NCBI GenBank assembly: GCA_030429125.1
Contig: JAUIDF010000001.1
Location: 1 to 43,416 of the forward strand
Reading direction: 5' to 3'
Length of the DNA: 43,416 nt
Origin: Gammaproteobacteria bacterium
GTDB lineage: Bacteria; Pseudomonadota; Gammaproteobacteria; Arenicellales; CAJQKF01
The notes below the pieces were generated by a model, which saw only the letters and a program-made list of their open reading frames with translations, was not told the origin of the DNA and searched no databases. Below, in pieces: positions 34,172-42,308 of the stretch (position 1 is its first letter; the number at the start of each line of letters is the position of its first letter). The position numbers were made by a program, and so were the translations under genes.

Positions 34172-36703
34172 TCAGTAGCCCAGCAGGGGCGGCGCCTCGG
34201 GCAGGTAGCGGGAGCGGTTCGCCTCGGACAGTGGCGCCGGCACCAGTGCGTCGGCGTGCTGGCGCAGCGTGAGGCCCGTCGGCGCGAGGTCGAGGATCGC
34301 GATCCCGGCGCCGTCGCGCGTCGCCAGCCGACGACCGTCCGGTGACAGCGCGCCGCCCGGCAGGACCGCAACGGCGACCGGTTCGCCGCTCTCGGTGTCC
34401 CAGACGCGCGTGGCGTCGGCGCTGGTGACGAAGCGTGTGCCATCGGCGTTGAAGGCCGCGCGCACGATACCATGGTGGCCCGGCAGTTCGTGGATCGGCT
34501 CACCCGTTCTCGCGTCCCACAGGATGACGCGATTGTCGTCGAGGCCGGTGCTGAAGTCGGCGAACTCGGTGGTCAGCAGGTGGCGGCCGTCGGGACTGTA
34601 TTCGACCGAGCCGGCGTCGCGCCGGTGCCCTGGCAGTGTCAGCACGAGGGCGCCGTCGAGGGTCCAGACGCGTGCGGTACCGTCCGCCGAGCGGGTGGCG
34701 ACGCGGCGGCCGAACGGTGCGAAGGCGGCGCCCGTCACCCGGCCTTCATGACCGGAAAGCTCGAACAGGGCGGCGCCAGTCTCCATGTCGAAGCCGCGCG
34801 CGGAACCGTCGGCATAGCCGAGCAGCAGTCGCGCGCCGTCGGCATCGAAACGCATGGCCGTCACGCCCGGTTTTCGCGACGACAATGCGTGCCGCAGGTC
34901 GCCGGTCACGACATCGCGCACGTCGACCCCCTTCGACGTGCGAACCGCGACATGACGCCCGGACGGGTCGAGTACGGCGGCAGTGGCCGGGCCGTCTTCG
35001 TCTTCGAACGCCTGCAGGAACTCGCCGCTGCGCGCATCCCAGGTGCGCGGCGCGTCACCGGCCGCAAGCGTCAATACGCGGCTTCCGTCGGCGGCGACCT
35101 GGAAGCGATCCGGTTGATAACCGGGGGCGTCCAGTCGGCGCCGCTCGACGCCGCGACCAAGGTCCCAAAGCCGGACCGAATGGGTCGTGAGGGCGTCTGT
35201 GATGCTGAAGCGGTCGAGGCTGAACAACTCGTCGCGGTCCCGGCCGAAGGCAAGCTGCGCCGTGCTGTCGAAGATGCCTTCGAGGCGTATTGGCCGTGTC
35301 TGCAGGTCATGGACACGAACGCCGTCACCGCCCACGATCAGCAGCTTCTCGCCCGAGGCGTCGAACGACAGACCGTCCACGTGGTGACCGCTACCGGGCA
35401 GGGTATACATGACCCGGCCGTCGCGCGAGTCCACGACCACGGCGTCGCTGCCCTGGTCCAGGGCGAGTCGTCGCCCGTCGGGTGCGAATGCACCGTGGTT
35501 GACGGGCAGTTCCAGGTACAGCGGTACCGGGCGCGAGGTGCGGGCGTCGAACAGCCGCGCGCCGCCGTCGCCGAAAAACGCGAGCAGTCGGTCCGCGTCC
35601 GAACTGACGATGGCATTGGCGAAGCGCAGGCCGCGCGGTGCGTGAAACTCGCGCCGCGTACCGCCGAGGGGGTCGACGAGCTCGAGCACGCCGTCGCCGG
35701 ACAGGCTGACGACCGGTCCCGCGCTTGCCGGCGCCGGGCGCGCCTGCGTCGCCAGCGACTTCACACCGCCACCCTCGACGGGGACCGGGTAGGCGGCGAC
35801 TGCCTCGGTCAAACGCGCCTGGGCGGCGACGTTCATGCGACGATCCAGTTCGGCGCGTGCGGAAATCGGCACGCCGAGAAGCGCCTCCAGTCGCCGCGTG
35901 AAGCGTCCGAGGTCGAGCGCCTGGATGTCACCGAGCGCCGTGCGGGCCAGTTGTACGGCCAGCGCGTGATGTCCTTCGCGAGTGCGCTCGTATGACGCGT
36001 CGAGCGTGGCGATGGTGCGGGCAAACAGGCGCTGCTGTTGCTGCTGCTCGAACAGGAACAGGCTGCCGCCCGCGACCAACAGCAGCAGGGCCGATGCAGC
36101 GGCGACAACGGCTCGTCGCGCGCGCCGACGCCGTCGCTCGCGTTGCCGCAGGCTGTCGTATCTCACGCCGAGAATTCCGCTGATGAGTTTAAGCCGCGCC
36201 GCCGCACGGCCGTCACCGTTCGCTCGCGCGTCGGCGGCGATGGGCTCCGTGCGCTCGCTGGTCACGGCACGATTCCCGTCGACCCGGTAGCGAATCGCCT
36301 CGGGAAAGCACTCCAGCGCCGGGTCGTCCCTGTCCGTGGCATTGGGTTCGCCGGCGACGATCAGGCACAGCACCCGGTCGGCCCGGCCCATGGCCTTGAA
36401 TGACTTGATCTCCTCGTTGACCCACAACGAACCCGCGGCGTCGGGTGAGCAGATCACGATCAGGCAGGCGGACTGCGACAGCGCCCGGGAAATATTCTCG
36501 GTCAGATCGGACGCCGTCGGCAGCTCTTCGCGGTCACGGAATATCGGTGTCAGGCGGCGCGGTACGGGACCGTCACGCCCCTGGGTGTCGACCAGTCGCC
36601 GCGGTACGCGGTAGTTCTCGAGCGTTTTGTGCAGCCACTCGCCCCAGCGGCGATCCCGGTGGCTGTAGCTGATGAAGGCACGGTAACCAAACGCCTCGGC
36701 CAC
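34172..36703 (-). CDS. TIR domain - single transmembrane helix - WD40 beta-propeller protein
   Basis: GTG 36703; 843 aa. The TIR region is YRAFISYSHRDRRWGEWL...PIFRDREELP...LIVICSPDAAGSLWVNEEIKSF, with the conserved Glu in WVNEE. RQRERRRRRARR is followed by the hydrophobic AVVAAASALLLLVAGGSLFLF (nt ~36050-36112). Multiple canonical WD40 units follow, e.g. LSGHEGRVTGAAFAPFGRRVATRSADGTARVWTL and LPGHHGIVRAAFNADGTRFVTSADATRVWD. Confidence 0.9.
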   Translation of the reverse strand: MAEAFGYRAFISYSHRDRRWGEWLHKTLENYRVPRRLVDTQGRDGPVPRRLTPIFRDREELPTASDLTENISRALSQSACLIVICSPDAAGSLWVNEEIKSFKAMGRADRVLCLIVAGEPNATDRDDPALECFPEAIRYRVDGNRAVTSERTEPIAADARANGDGRAAARLKLISGILGVRYDSLRQRERRRRRARRAVVAAASALLLLVAGGSLFLFEQQQQQRLFARTIATLDASYERTREGHHALAVQLARTALGDIQALDLGRFTRRLEALLGVPISARAELDRRMNVAAQARLTEAVAAYPVPVEGGGVKSLATQARPAPASAGPVVSLSGDGVLELVDPLGGTRREFHAPRGLRFANAIVSSDADRLLAFFGDGGARLFDARTSRPVPLYLELPVNHGAFAPDGRRLALDQGSDAVVVDSRDGRVMYTLPGSGHHVDGLSFDASGEKLLIVGGDGVRVHDLQTRPIRLEGIFDSTAQLAFGRDRDELFSLDRFSITDALTTHSVRLWDLGRGVERRRLDAPGYQPDRFQVAADGSRVLTLAAGDAPRTWDARSGEFLQAFEDEDGPATAAVLDPSGRHVAVRTSKGVDVRDVVTGDLRHALSSRKPGVTAMRFDADGARLLLGYADGSARGFDMETGAALFELSGHEGRVTGAAFAPFGRRVATRSADGTARVWTLDGALVLTLPGHRRDAGSVEYSPDGRHLLTTEFADFSTGLDDNRVILWDARTGEPIHELPGHHGIVRAAFNADGTRFVTSADATRVWDTESGEPVAVAVLPGGALSPDGRRLATRDGAGIAILDLAPTGLTLRQHADALVPAPLSEANRSRYLPEAPPLLGY

Positions 36704-36751
36704 GTCACCCGTCCGCGACGAGATGTCGATGATGCCCCTTCGTGTCCAAGC

Positions 36752-37579
36752 CTATTCGGACTCCAGGCTCTTGATGATGTAACCGCCGGACTTCTCGTCG
36801 TGTTGCAGGGTCAGCAGCTTGCGGTTCTCGGCTTCTTCGAGCAGTTGACCGAAGGTGCGAAAGCCGTGGTAGGTCTCGTCGAAGCCCGGCTTGCGCCGCT
36901 TAAGCGCCTGCTTGACCATCGATCCCCAGACCTTCTCCTGTTCGCCGCGCTCCTTGAGCAGGGCCTCGATCGTCTCGATGACCAGGTCGAGCCCTTCCTG
37001 CTTCTTGTCTTCCTCGCCGTTCCCGGACGCCTTCTTGCTGGCCTTCTTCGACGTCGCCTTGCGCTTTGCCGGCTTCTTGCGCTTCTCCGATTCGCGCACC
37101 AGGTCGTCGTAGAAAATAAACTCGTCGCAGTTCGCGATGAGCAGGTCCGAGGTGGCGTTCTTCACTCCCACCCCGATGACAATGCGATCGTTCTCCCGGA
37201 GCTTGCTGACCAGCGGCGAGAAATCGGAGTCGCCCGACAGGATGACGAACGTGTCCACGTGGGACTTCGTGTAGCAAAGGTCCAGCGCGTCGACCACCAT
37301 GCGGATATCGGCCGAGTTCTTGCCCGACAGGCGCACGTGCGGTATCTCGATCATCTCGAAGGCCGCCTCGTGCATGGCCTGCTTGAACTCCTTGTAACGA
37401 TCCCAGTCGCAGTAGGCCTTCTTCACCACGATGGAACCCTTGAGCAGCAGCCTCTCGAGTACCTTCTGGATCTCGAAGGCCGAGTACTTGGCGTCGCGCA
37501 CGCCGAGCGCCATGTTCTCGAAGTCGCAGAACAGGGCCATGTTGCGGGTTTCGGATCGTTCGTTCATGTGGTCGAGCAT
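36752..37579 (-). CDS. NYN (LabA/PIN-like) domain protein with Lys-rich linker and C-terminal OST-HTH/LOTUS domain
   Basis: NYN core: MALFCDFENMALGVRD...VDALDLCYTKSHVDTFVILSGDSDFSPLVSKLRENDRIVIGVG. Linker: KRKKPAKRKATSKKASKKAS. LOTUS-like region: VWGSMVKQALKRRKPGFDETYHGFRTFGQLLEEA. The start is ambiguous (ATG 37600, 37579 or 37567). It lies 48 nt upstream of the TIR gene on the same strand. Confidence 0.85.
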   Translation of the reverse strand: MLDHMNERSETRNMALFCDFENMALGVRDAKYSAFEIQKVLERLLLKGSIVVKKAYCDWDRYKEFKQAMHEAAFEMIEIPHVRLSGKNSADIRMVVDALDLCYTKSHVDTFVILSGDSDFSPLVSKLRENDRIVIGVGVKNATSDLLIANCDEFIFYDDLVRESEKRKKPAKRKATSKKASKKASGNGEEDKKQEGLDLVIETIEALLKERGEQEKVWGSMVKQALKRRKPGFDETYHGFRTFGQLLEEAENRKLLTLQHDEKSGGYIIKSLESE

Positions 37580-37716
37580 GCCCCGTGGCGGTTGAATCAT
37601 GCCGACACAATAGGCATCCGGCGTCCAAGTTGCAATGACCCGCGCGCGTCGCGGGCCTTGCCGGGTTGTGTAATACTGGCGCGAGCCGCACCCGGCGTTC
37701 ACCGACGGAGGATCTC

Positions 37717-38742
37717 ATGTTCACGACCACGATCGCCGGCAGTCTGCCGAAGCCGGCCTGGCTTGCCGAGCCGGAGAAACTCTGGGCCGGGTGGCGCCTC
37801 GAAGGCGATGCCCTGGTCGACGCCCAGCGCGACGCCGCGCTGGTATGGATCAGGGAGCAGGAAGACGCCGGTATAGATATCGCTACCAATGGCGAGCAAT
37901 TCCGCGTTCACTTCGTCCACGGGTTCCTGCAGCACGTCGAGGGGATCGACTGGAATCTCATGACGCCCATGGGCATTCGGGACAACCGCTACATCGTGGA
38001 TGTACCCACGGTTACCGCCGCGGTGCGCCGACCGGCCCCGGTTCACGACGACGAGGTGCGTTACACCCGCGCCCGCGTCCGCGGCAAGCTCAAGTTCACC
38101 CTGCCGGGGCCGATGACCATATGCGACACCATCGCCGATGCACATTACGGTCGTCGCGCGGACATGGCCATGGCGTTCGCCGCGTTGCTCAACGACGAGG
38201 CACGCGAGCTCGAAGCGCTTGGCGTCGACGTTATCCAGTTCGACGAACCGGCGTTCAACGTATTCATGGACGATGTGGCCGAATGGGGTATGGCTGCACT
38301 GGAGCGGGCTGCCGACGGGCTGAAGTGCAAGACCGCCGTACATATCTGCTACGGCTATGGTATCGACGAGAATGTCCGTTGGAAGCAAACGCTCGGTGCC
38401 GAGTGGCGACAGTATGAAAAGACGTTTCCTGTCATCAATGACAGTCGCATTGACCAGGTATCACTCGAATGCGCCAACTCTCATGTCCCCATGTCTCTCA
38501 TCCGCCTGCTCCCTGACAAGGAGATCATGGTGGGCGTGATCGACGTGGCATCACGCGATGTCGAGACACCGGAGCAGGTGCTCTCGGTGATCGACGAGGC
38601 CTGTCGGCACGCGGATGTCGAGCGCGTGCTGCCCTGCACCAACTGCGGTCTCGCACCCTTGCCGCGTTCGATCGCCGTGCACAAGCTCGCGGCGCTCGGA
38701 CAAGGTGCCCGACTGGCCCGAAAGAAGCGGGGGCTTGCCTGA
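37717..38742 (+). CDS. Cobalamin-independent methionine synthase family protein (MetE C-terminal-domain-only, Meth_synt_2)
   Basis: ATG 37717 with GGAGGA ~5 nt upstream; 341 aa. Motifs are MFTTTIAGSLPKPAWL, GEQFRVHFVH, IQFDEPAF, VHICYGY and LPCTNCGL (Zn-ligand contexts). Confidence 0.85.
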   Translation: MFTTTIAGSLPKPAWLAEPEKLWAGWRLEGDALVDAQRDAALVWIREQEDAGIDIATNGEQFRVHFVHGFLQHVEGIDWNLMTPMGIRDNRYIVDVPTVTAAVRRPAPVHDDEVRYTRARVRGKLKFTLPGPMTICDTIADAHYGRRADMAMAFAALLNDEARELEALGVDVIQFDEPAFNVFMDDVAEWGMAALERAADGLKCKTAVHICYGYGIDENVRWKQTLGAEWRQYEKTFPVINDSRIDQVSLECANSHVPMSLIRLLPDKEIMVGVIDVASRDVETPEQVLSVIDEACRHADVERVLPCTNCGLAPLPRSIAVHKLAALGQGARLARKKRGLA

Positions 38743-39071
38743 CGGGCGGGCTTGCTGCGCCGAAAGGCATCGGCGTTCAATTGGCGATTCACCTGGCCGA
38801 CAGAGGCGAATCGTTGAGCACCATCCCGGTCCGCATTCGATATTCCTGATGCGAACGGAGTCGATCGCCCCTTGTCCTGTTCGGATGGTCGCGCTACATT
38901 TTCGTCCGCCTCGTCGATGAGCCGATCCCGTGCCGGCCAGCACGTCGACAGTATTGAACAACCCGTGATCGAGAGAAGTCGAAACCAGTCGAAGTATTGC
39001 AAATAGAGCAACGACGGTGCGCGCAGGCAAGTATCGGATGGCCGCGACGCTACCGCCCAGGAGGAAGCACC

Positions 39072-39920
39072 TTGTCCAACGACAGCCATCTACGCGATGC
39101 AGTAGCCAAAGTTGGAACGCCCGAGACGATCGATCGGCGTTCGTACGATCCCGGTCCGGCGACGCGGCCGGGTGGCGCCGGATTCCTGGAAATCTCCAGC
39201 GAACCGGCGCAGGGTCGGAAAGCGGCAGGCGCCGATTCCCCTCCCTTTCCCGGGACTGCTTCGTATCACGGCCACTTCCATGTGCTCGACTCGTTGTCCG
39301 CGGAAACGCGAAGACACATCCTGGCACTGTGCGACGAAGTGTATCTCGACCGCGGTGAAATACTGTGGAACCAGGGGGATCTCAATACGGGCTTCGGCGT
39401 GGTCAGGAAGGGGATCGTAGCAGGCATCTACAATAGCCCGACCGGGAAGACCGGCCTGTCGGGATTCTGGCGCGACGGCGACGCCATCGGAACCAGTTCC
39501 GGTTCCACGCGAATGCTGACTGCCATGGCGTTGACCGGGGCAAGCGTGCTGACGATCGAAAGGGAGATGTTCTTCGAGGCCGTTCGCACCTACCCCGATT
39601 TCGCGGAGGCCGCCGTCAACATGGCCTTCGAGCGTCTGACGTGGCTGGGCGAACTGATTTTCTCGCACGAAACGCAGTCCACGACACAGCGTGTCGCCAC
39701 CATCCTGCTCGCGATGCTGGATTGCTTTGGCCGGCCGATGCGACACGGCATGGTGATCGATGCGCCGCTGACCAACGATATGCTGGCCGCGCTGGTTGGT
39801 GCGTCGCGCCAGTTCATCAACGGAATCCTGCACAAACTGCAGGATGAGCAGGTTCTCAGGTTGCGGCGCTCGTCGATCGTCGTCGTCGACCGCAAACGCC
39901 TGGAATCGCTGCTTTCCTGA
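39072..39920 (+). CDS. Crp/Fnr-family transcriptional regulator (cNMP-binding-like domain + C-terminal HTH), no FNR-type Cys cluster
   Basis: TTG 39072 is preceded by AGGAGGA with 6-nt spacing. GTG 39282 would give a more typical 212-aa protein. The effector domain is LCDEVYLDRGEILWNQGDLNTGFGVVRKGIVAG. The HTH is TNDMLAALVGASRQFINGILHKLQDEQVL. Confidence 0.8.
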   Translation: MSNDSHLRDAVAKVGTPETIDRRSYDPGPATRPGGAGFLEISSEPAQGRKAAGADSPPFPGTASYHGHFHVLDSLSAETRRHILALCDEVYLDRGEILWNQGDLNTGFGVVRKGIVAGIYNSPTGKTGLSGFWRDGDAIGTSSGSTRMLTAMALTGASVLTIEREMFFEAVRTYPDFAEAAVNMAFERLTWLGELIFSHETQSTTQRVATILLAMLDCFGRPMRHGMVIDAPLTNDMLAALVGASRQFINGILHKLQDEQVLRLRRSSIVVVDRKRLESLLS

Positions 39921-40112
39921 CGCGGGCCGTCACACCGATCGCATCGCGCGTTACTTCCTTGCAAGGACTTTGTTGCTGATTGCGGATCGTGTTGCCGATA
40001 CGCGGACCAGGTTTGCGGATCGGGACGTGCATCTCTTGCCGCCGGCGTGGTGTGAAGCACGCGATGACCTCCCGATCCATCGTACCAGAACAGAAAAAAT
40101 CTCCTCGACCAG

Positions 40113-40128
40113 TGTCAGTTTTCTGACA
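40113..40128. promoter_or_regulatory. Perfect 5-6-5 palindrome TGTCA-GTTTTC-TGACA, candidate Crp-family operator upstream of the cytochrome operon
   Basis: Read directly. It has the same half-site spacing as the CRP consensus TGTGA-N6-TCACA. It lies 181 nt upstream of the cytochrome c ATG and 193 nt downstream of the regulator stop, in a 388-bp, relatively AT-richer intergenic region. Confidence 0.4.
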
Positions 40129-40308
40129 TTCACCCCGCTGTACGAACTGCAATACTTCCACGCGAGTCAAGTAATCCGGCAGTAGTTTGCCGGTTAACCG
40201 TGGTTCCAACGGGCCGCGCGTTGCTGTTTGCTGTGCCGGCAGCGCAAGGCTGTTACGCGATGTGGATCTTACCGCGCATGGATGCGTTGTTCGGAGGAGT
40301 GAAAACAA

Positions 40309-40671
40309 ATGAAGCTACCGAGACGGCAGATAGTGGCCGGCGCCTGTCTTTTGGCGCTCGGCGGGTTCTCTTCGTCGGCTTTCTCGCAGTCGGTCGACGA
40401 GTTGTTCGACGGTGCGTGGCGCTACCAGGCGTCCTGTGCCGGCTGTCATGACAGTGACGGATCCGGCATCTATCCGTTCGGGCCACCGCTCAAGGGCAAT
40501 GCATTCGTTCAGAATGCACCGGTTCCGATCGTCGTACAGGTTATCCAGAACGGTCGCAACTACGGTGAGAGAAATCATCTCGCCTACGTTGGCATGCCGG
40601 CGTTTCACTACATACGCGGCGGTGAAGCGATAGCGCTGGTCAACTACATGAAGAACGGCCTGCAAAACTGA
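40309..40671 (+). CDS. Periplasmic monoheme class I c-type cytochrome
   Basis: ATG 40309 with GGAGGAG 9 nt upstream; 120 aa. Signal peptide is MKLPRRQIVAGACLLALGGFSSSAFS. The heme motif is CAGCH (nt 40435-40449), with a probable distal Met in YVGMPAF. Confidence 0.85.
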   Translation: MKLPRRQIVAGACLLALGGFSSSAFSQSVDELFDGAWRYQASCAGCHDSDGSGIYPFGPPLKGNAFVQNAPVPIVVQVIQNGRNYGERNHLAYVGMPAFHYIRGGEAIALVNYMKNGLQN

Positions 40672-40731
40672 CGACTAGTGCCCGACACGTATTGTCTTGG
40701 CGATTCGGGTTCACTAAGTAGGAGAGCAATA

Positions 40732-42174
40732 ATGCGAAGATTGACTGCAACCCTTGCAATGGTTACCGGCACGCTGGCTATGCTGGCGGTCACATTGCCA
40801 CAGGACGCTCATGCCGTCGCGGGATTCTCCCGGCAGACCGGCATGACGTGTAACATGTGCCATACCCTGCATGGCGCACCGACTCCCAACTTCACCTTTA
40901 CCGGCAAGAAGTTCAACGCCCTCGGTTATCGTCTGCCTGGCGGCTTCAAGAACAGCATGTCCGACTCCCAGGAACAGGGCAAGCCGGAGGACAAGGGTGA
41001 ATACTTCAAGCTGCTGCCGACGTCGACCAGTGCGCGTTTTCAGTACCAGATCGCCAATACCAGCGAACCGCCGGGCGCGGACAGCTTCGGTCCCGTCATT
41101 ACCAACCCGACGTCCCGCTTGGCGTTCTTCCCCTTTACCGGGCCGGTCGGCGACCACTTCGGCATCTGGACCGAGTTCTACATTACGCCATTCACCAGCG
41201 AAGACAATGAATGGGGTATTGCGGATACTTCGTACGAAGAGTTCGACTTCCGTTACGTATTCGATACCGATGACGACTCGACGTTTACCGGTCTTGCGAT
41301 AAGCAACCAGGGTGTTGCTTCGCTCTTCGGATTCAGTCCCTTTCCCGGACTGCCCAGTGAAATCGGGCGCGGCGGCGTAGGCGGATATTCGCATCCCAAC
41401 TGGGGAGGGCTGTATGCCTATGGTTGGCGTGATGACCGCTGGGTCTGGGGCGTCGGCGCGGAGACCGGTGATACCAACTACGATTGGGACGACAGCAATA
41501 TCGCCGGCGTGATCGGCTATGCGGCGCGTAACCGAAACGACGACGAGCTGTGGTACAACCTGTACTTCCGTACCGGCGACGATGCATTGCCGATGGTCAC
41601 GTCGAGTGGCGCGCAGGCTTCTTCTCGTTCGTGGCAGTATCGGGACGCCGTCGGCGGTGTCAGTGCGACGAGAACCATGGGCGGCGCCTGTCCGGGCGTC
41701 AGCGGACGCCGGGTATCGGGCAGCTGCGCCTACCTGGCCGAGGAACTCGACGATCACACGTCCATCGATCTCGAGATACGCCGGGGTGGTCAGAACGTCG
41801 ACAAGTTCTTCGGTGAGAAAGCCGCGGGACCGTGGAGTTTCGAGTACGTCGCCAGGTTGAGCCTCAACGACGAGGACTACAACGACGGCGCCAGCGCCGA
41901 GCGCAACTCCTGGGGCTTTGAGACCGTGATCGGTTACAAGCACACCCACTACTTCAAGCCCGCGATCTATGGCGACTTCGATTTCGAGTTCACCGACAGC
42001 TCGGGCGTGAAGCACGACATCGACACGAAGCTCAGCTGGTCGCTGCGCTACGCGTACAAGGCGACGGAGAACTTCCTGCTGTACGCCCAGTACGCAAACA
42101 GTCAGCGCAATTCACTCGACGGGAAGGCGCTGACCGGGAAGTCGTTCTCGATCACCGCCGATATCTCCTTCTAG
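40732..42174 (+). CDS. cyc2: Cyc2-like fused monoheme cytochrome c / outer-membrane porin (candidate Fe(II) oxidase)
   Basis: ATG 40732 with GGAGAG 5 nt upstream; 480 aa. The signal peptide ends in AHA. A single CNMCH heme motif (nt 40849-40863) lies within ~15 residues of the mature N-terminus, in FSRQTGMTCNMCHTLHG. The remaining ~430 aa are rich in Gly/Tyr/Asp/aromatic alternation and end in ITADISF, the terminal Phe typical of OM beta-barrels. A strong terminator follows. Confidence 0.65.
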   Translation: MRRLTATLAMVTGTLAMLAVTLPQDAHAVAGFSRQTGMTCNMCHTLHGAPTPNFTFTGKKFNALGYRLPGGFKNSMSDSQEQGKPEDKGEYFKLLPTSTSARFQYQIANTSEPPGADSFGPVITNPTSRLAFFPFTGPVGDHFGIWTEFYITPFTSEDNEWGIADTSYEEFDFRYVFDTDDDSTFTGLAISNQGVASLFGFSPFPGLPSEIGRGGVGGYSHPNWGGLYAYGWRDDRWVWGVGAETGDTNYDWDDSNIAGVIGYAARNRNDDELWYNLYFRTGDDALPMVTSSGAQASSRSWQYRDAVGGVSATRTMGGACPGVSGRRVSGSCAYLAEELDDHTSIDLEIRRGGQNVDKFFGEKAAGPWSFEYVARLSLNDEDYNDGASAERNSWGFETVIGYKHTHYFKPAIYGDFDFEFTDSSGVKHDIDTKLSWSLRYAYKATENFLLYAQYANSQRNSLDGKALTGKSFSITADISF

Positions 42175-42212
42175 GGATGTCGGAACCGTCAACGTAGCCT
42201 ATCGCTACTGGT

Positions 42213-42248
42213 GGTCGACCGCCGGCAGGGCCGGCGGTCGACCTTTTT
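42213..42248 (+). terminator. Rho-independent terminator: 14-bp perfect GC-rich stem, 3-nt loop, T5 tract
   Basis: GGTCGACCGCCGGC (42213-42226), loop AGG, GCCGGCGGTCGACC (42230-42243), then TTTTT (42244-42248). It starts 39 nt after the Cyc2-like stop. Confidence 0.85.
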
Positions 42249-42308
42249 CCAGGCAATCGGAGAATTCATCACCTCTCCGATCCACCCAGATCCCAAGGAC
42301 TCCCGACA

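Noticed and set aside
37601-37716. Possible SAM or cobalamin riboswitch in the leader of the MetE-like gene.
   Set aside because: I could not recognise the conserved cores of the cobalamin, SAM-I, SAM-II or SAM-SAH motifs by eye. Only a short GC hairpin (cccgcg...cgcggg) is present. A covariance-model scan (Rfam/Infernal) would be needed.
38743-39071. 329-bp relatively AT-richer intergenic region upstream of the Crp-family gene. I looked for an sRNA, small ORF or repeats.
   Set aside because: Only trivial short direct repeats (agtcgaa) are present. The ORFs here (38615..38920 +, 38481..39089 -) have no coding-like composition or RBS. It is most simply a promoter/leader region.
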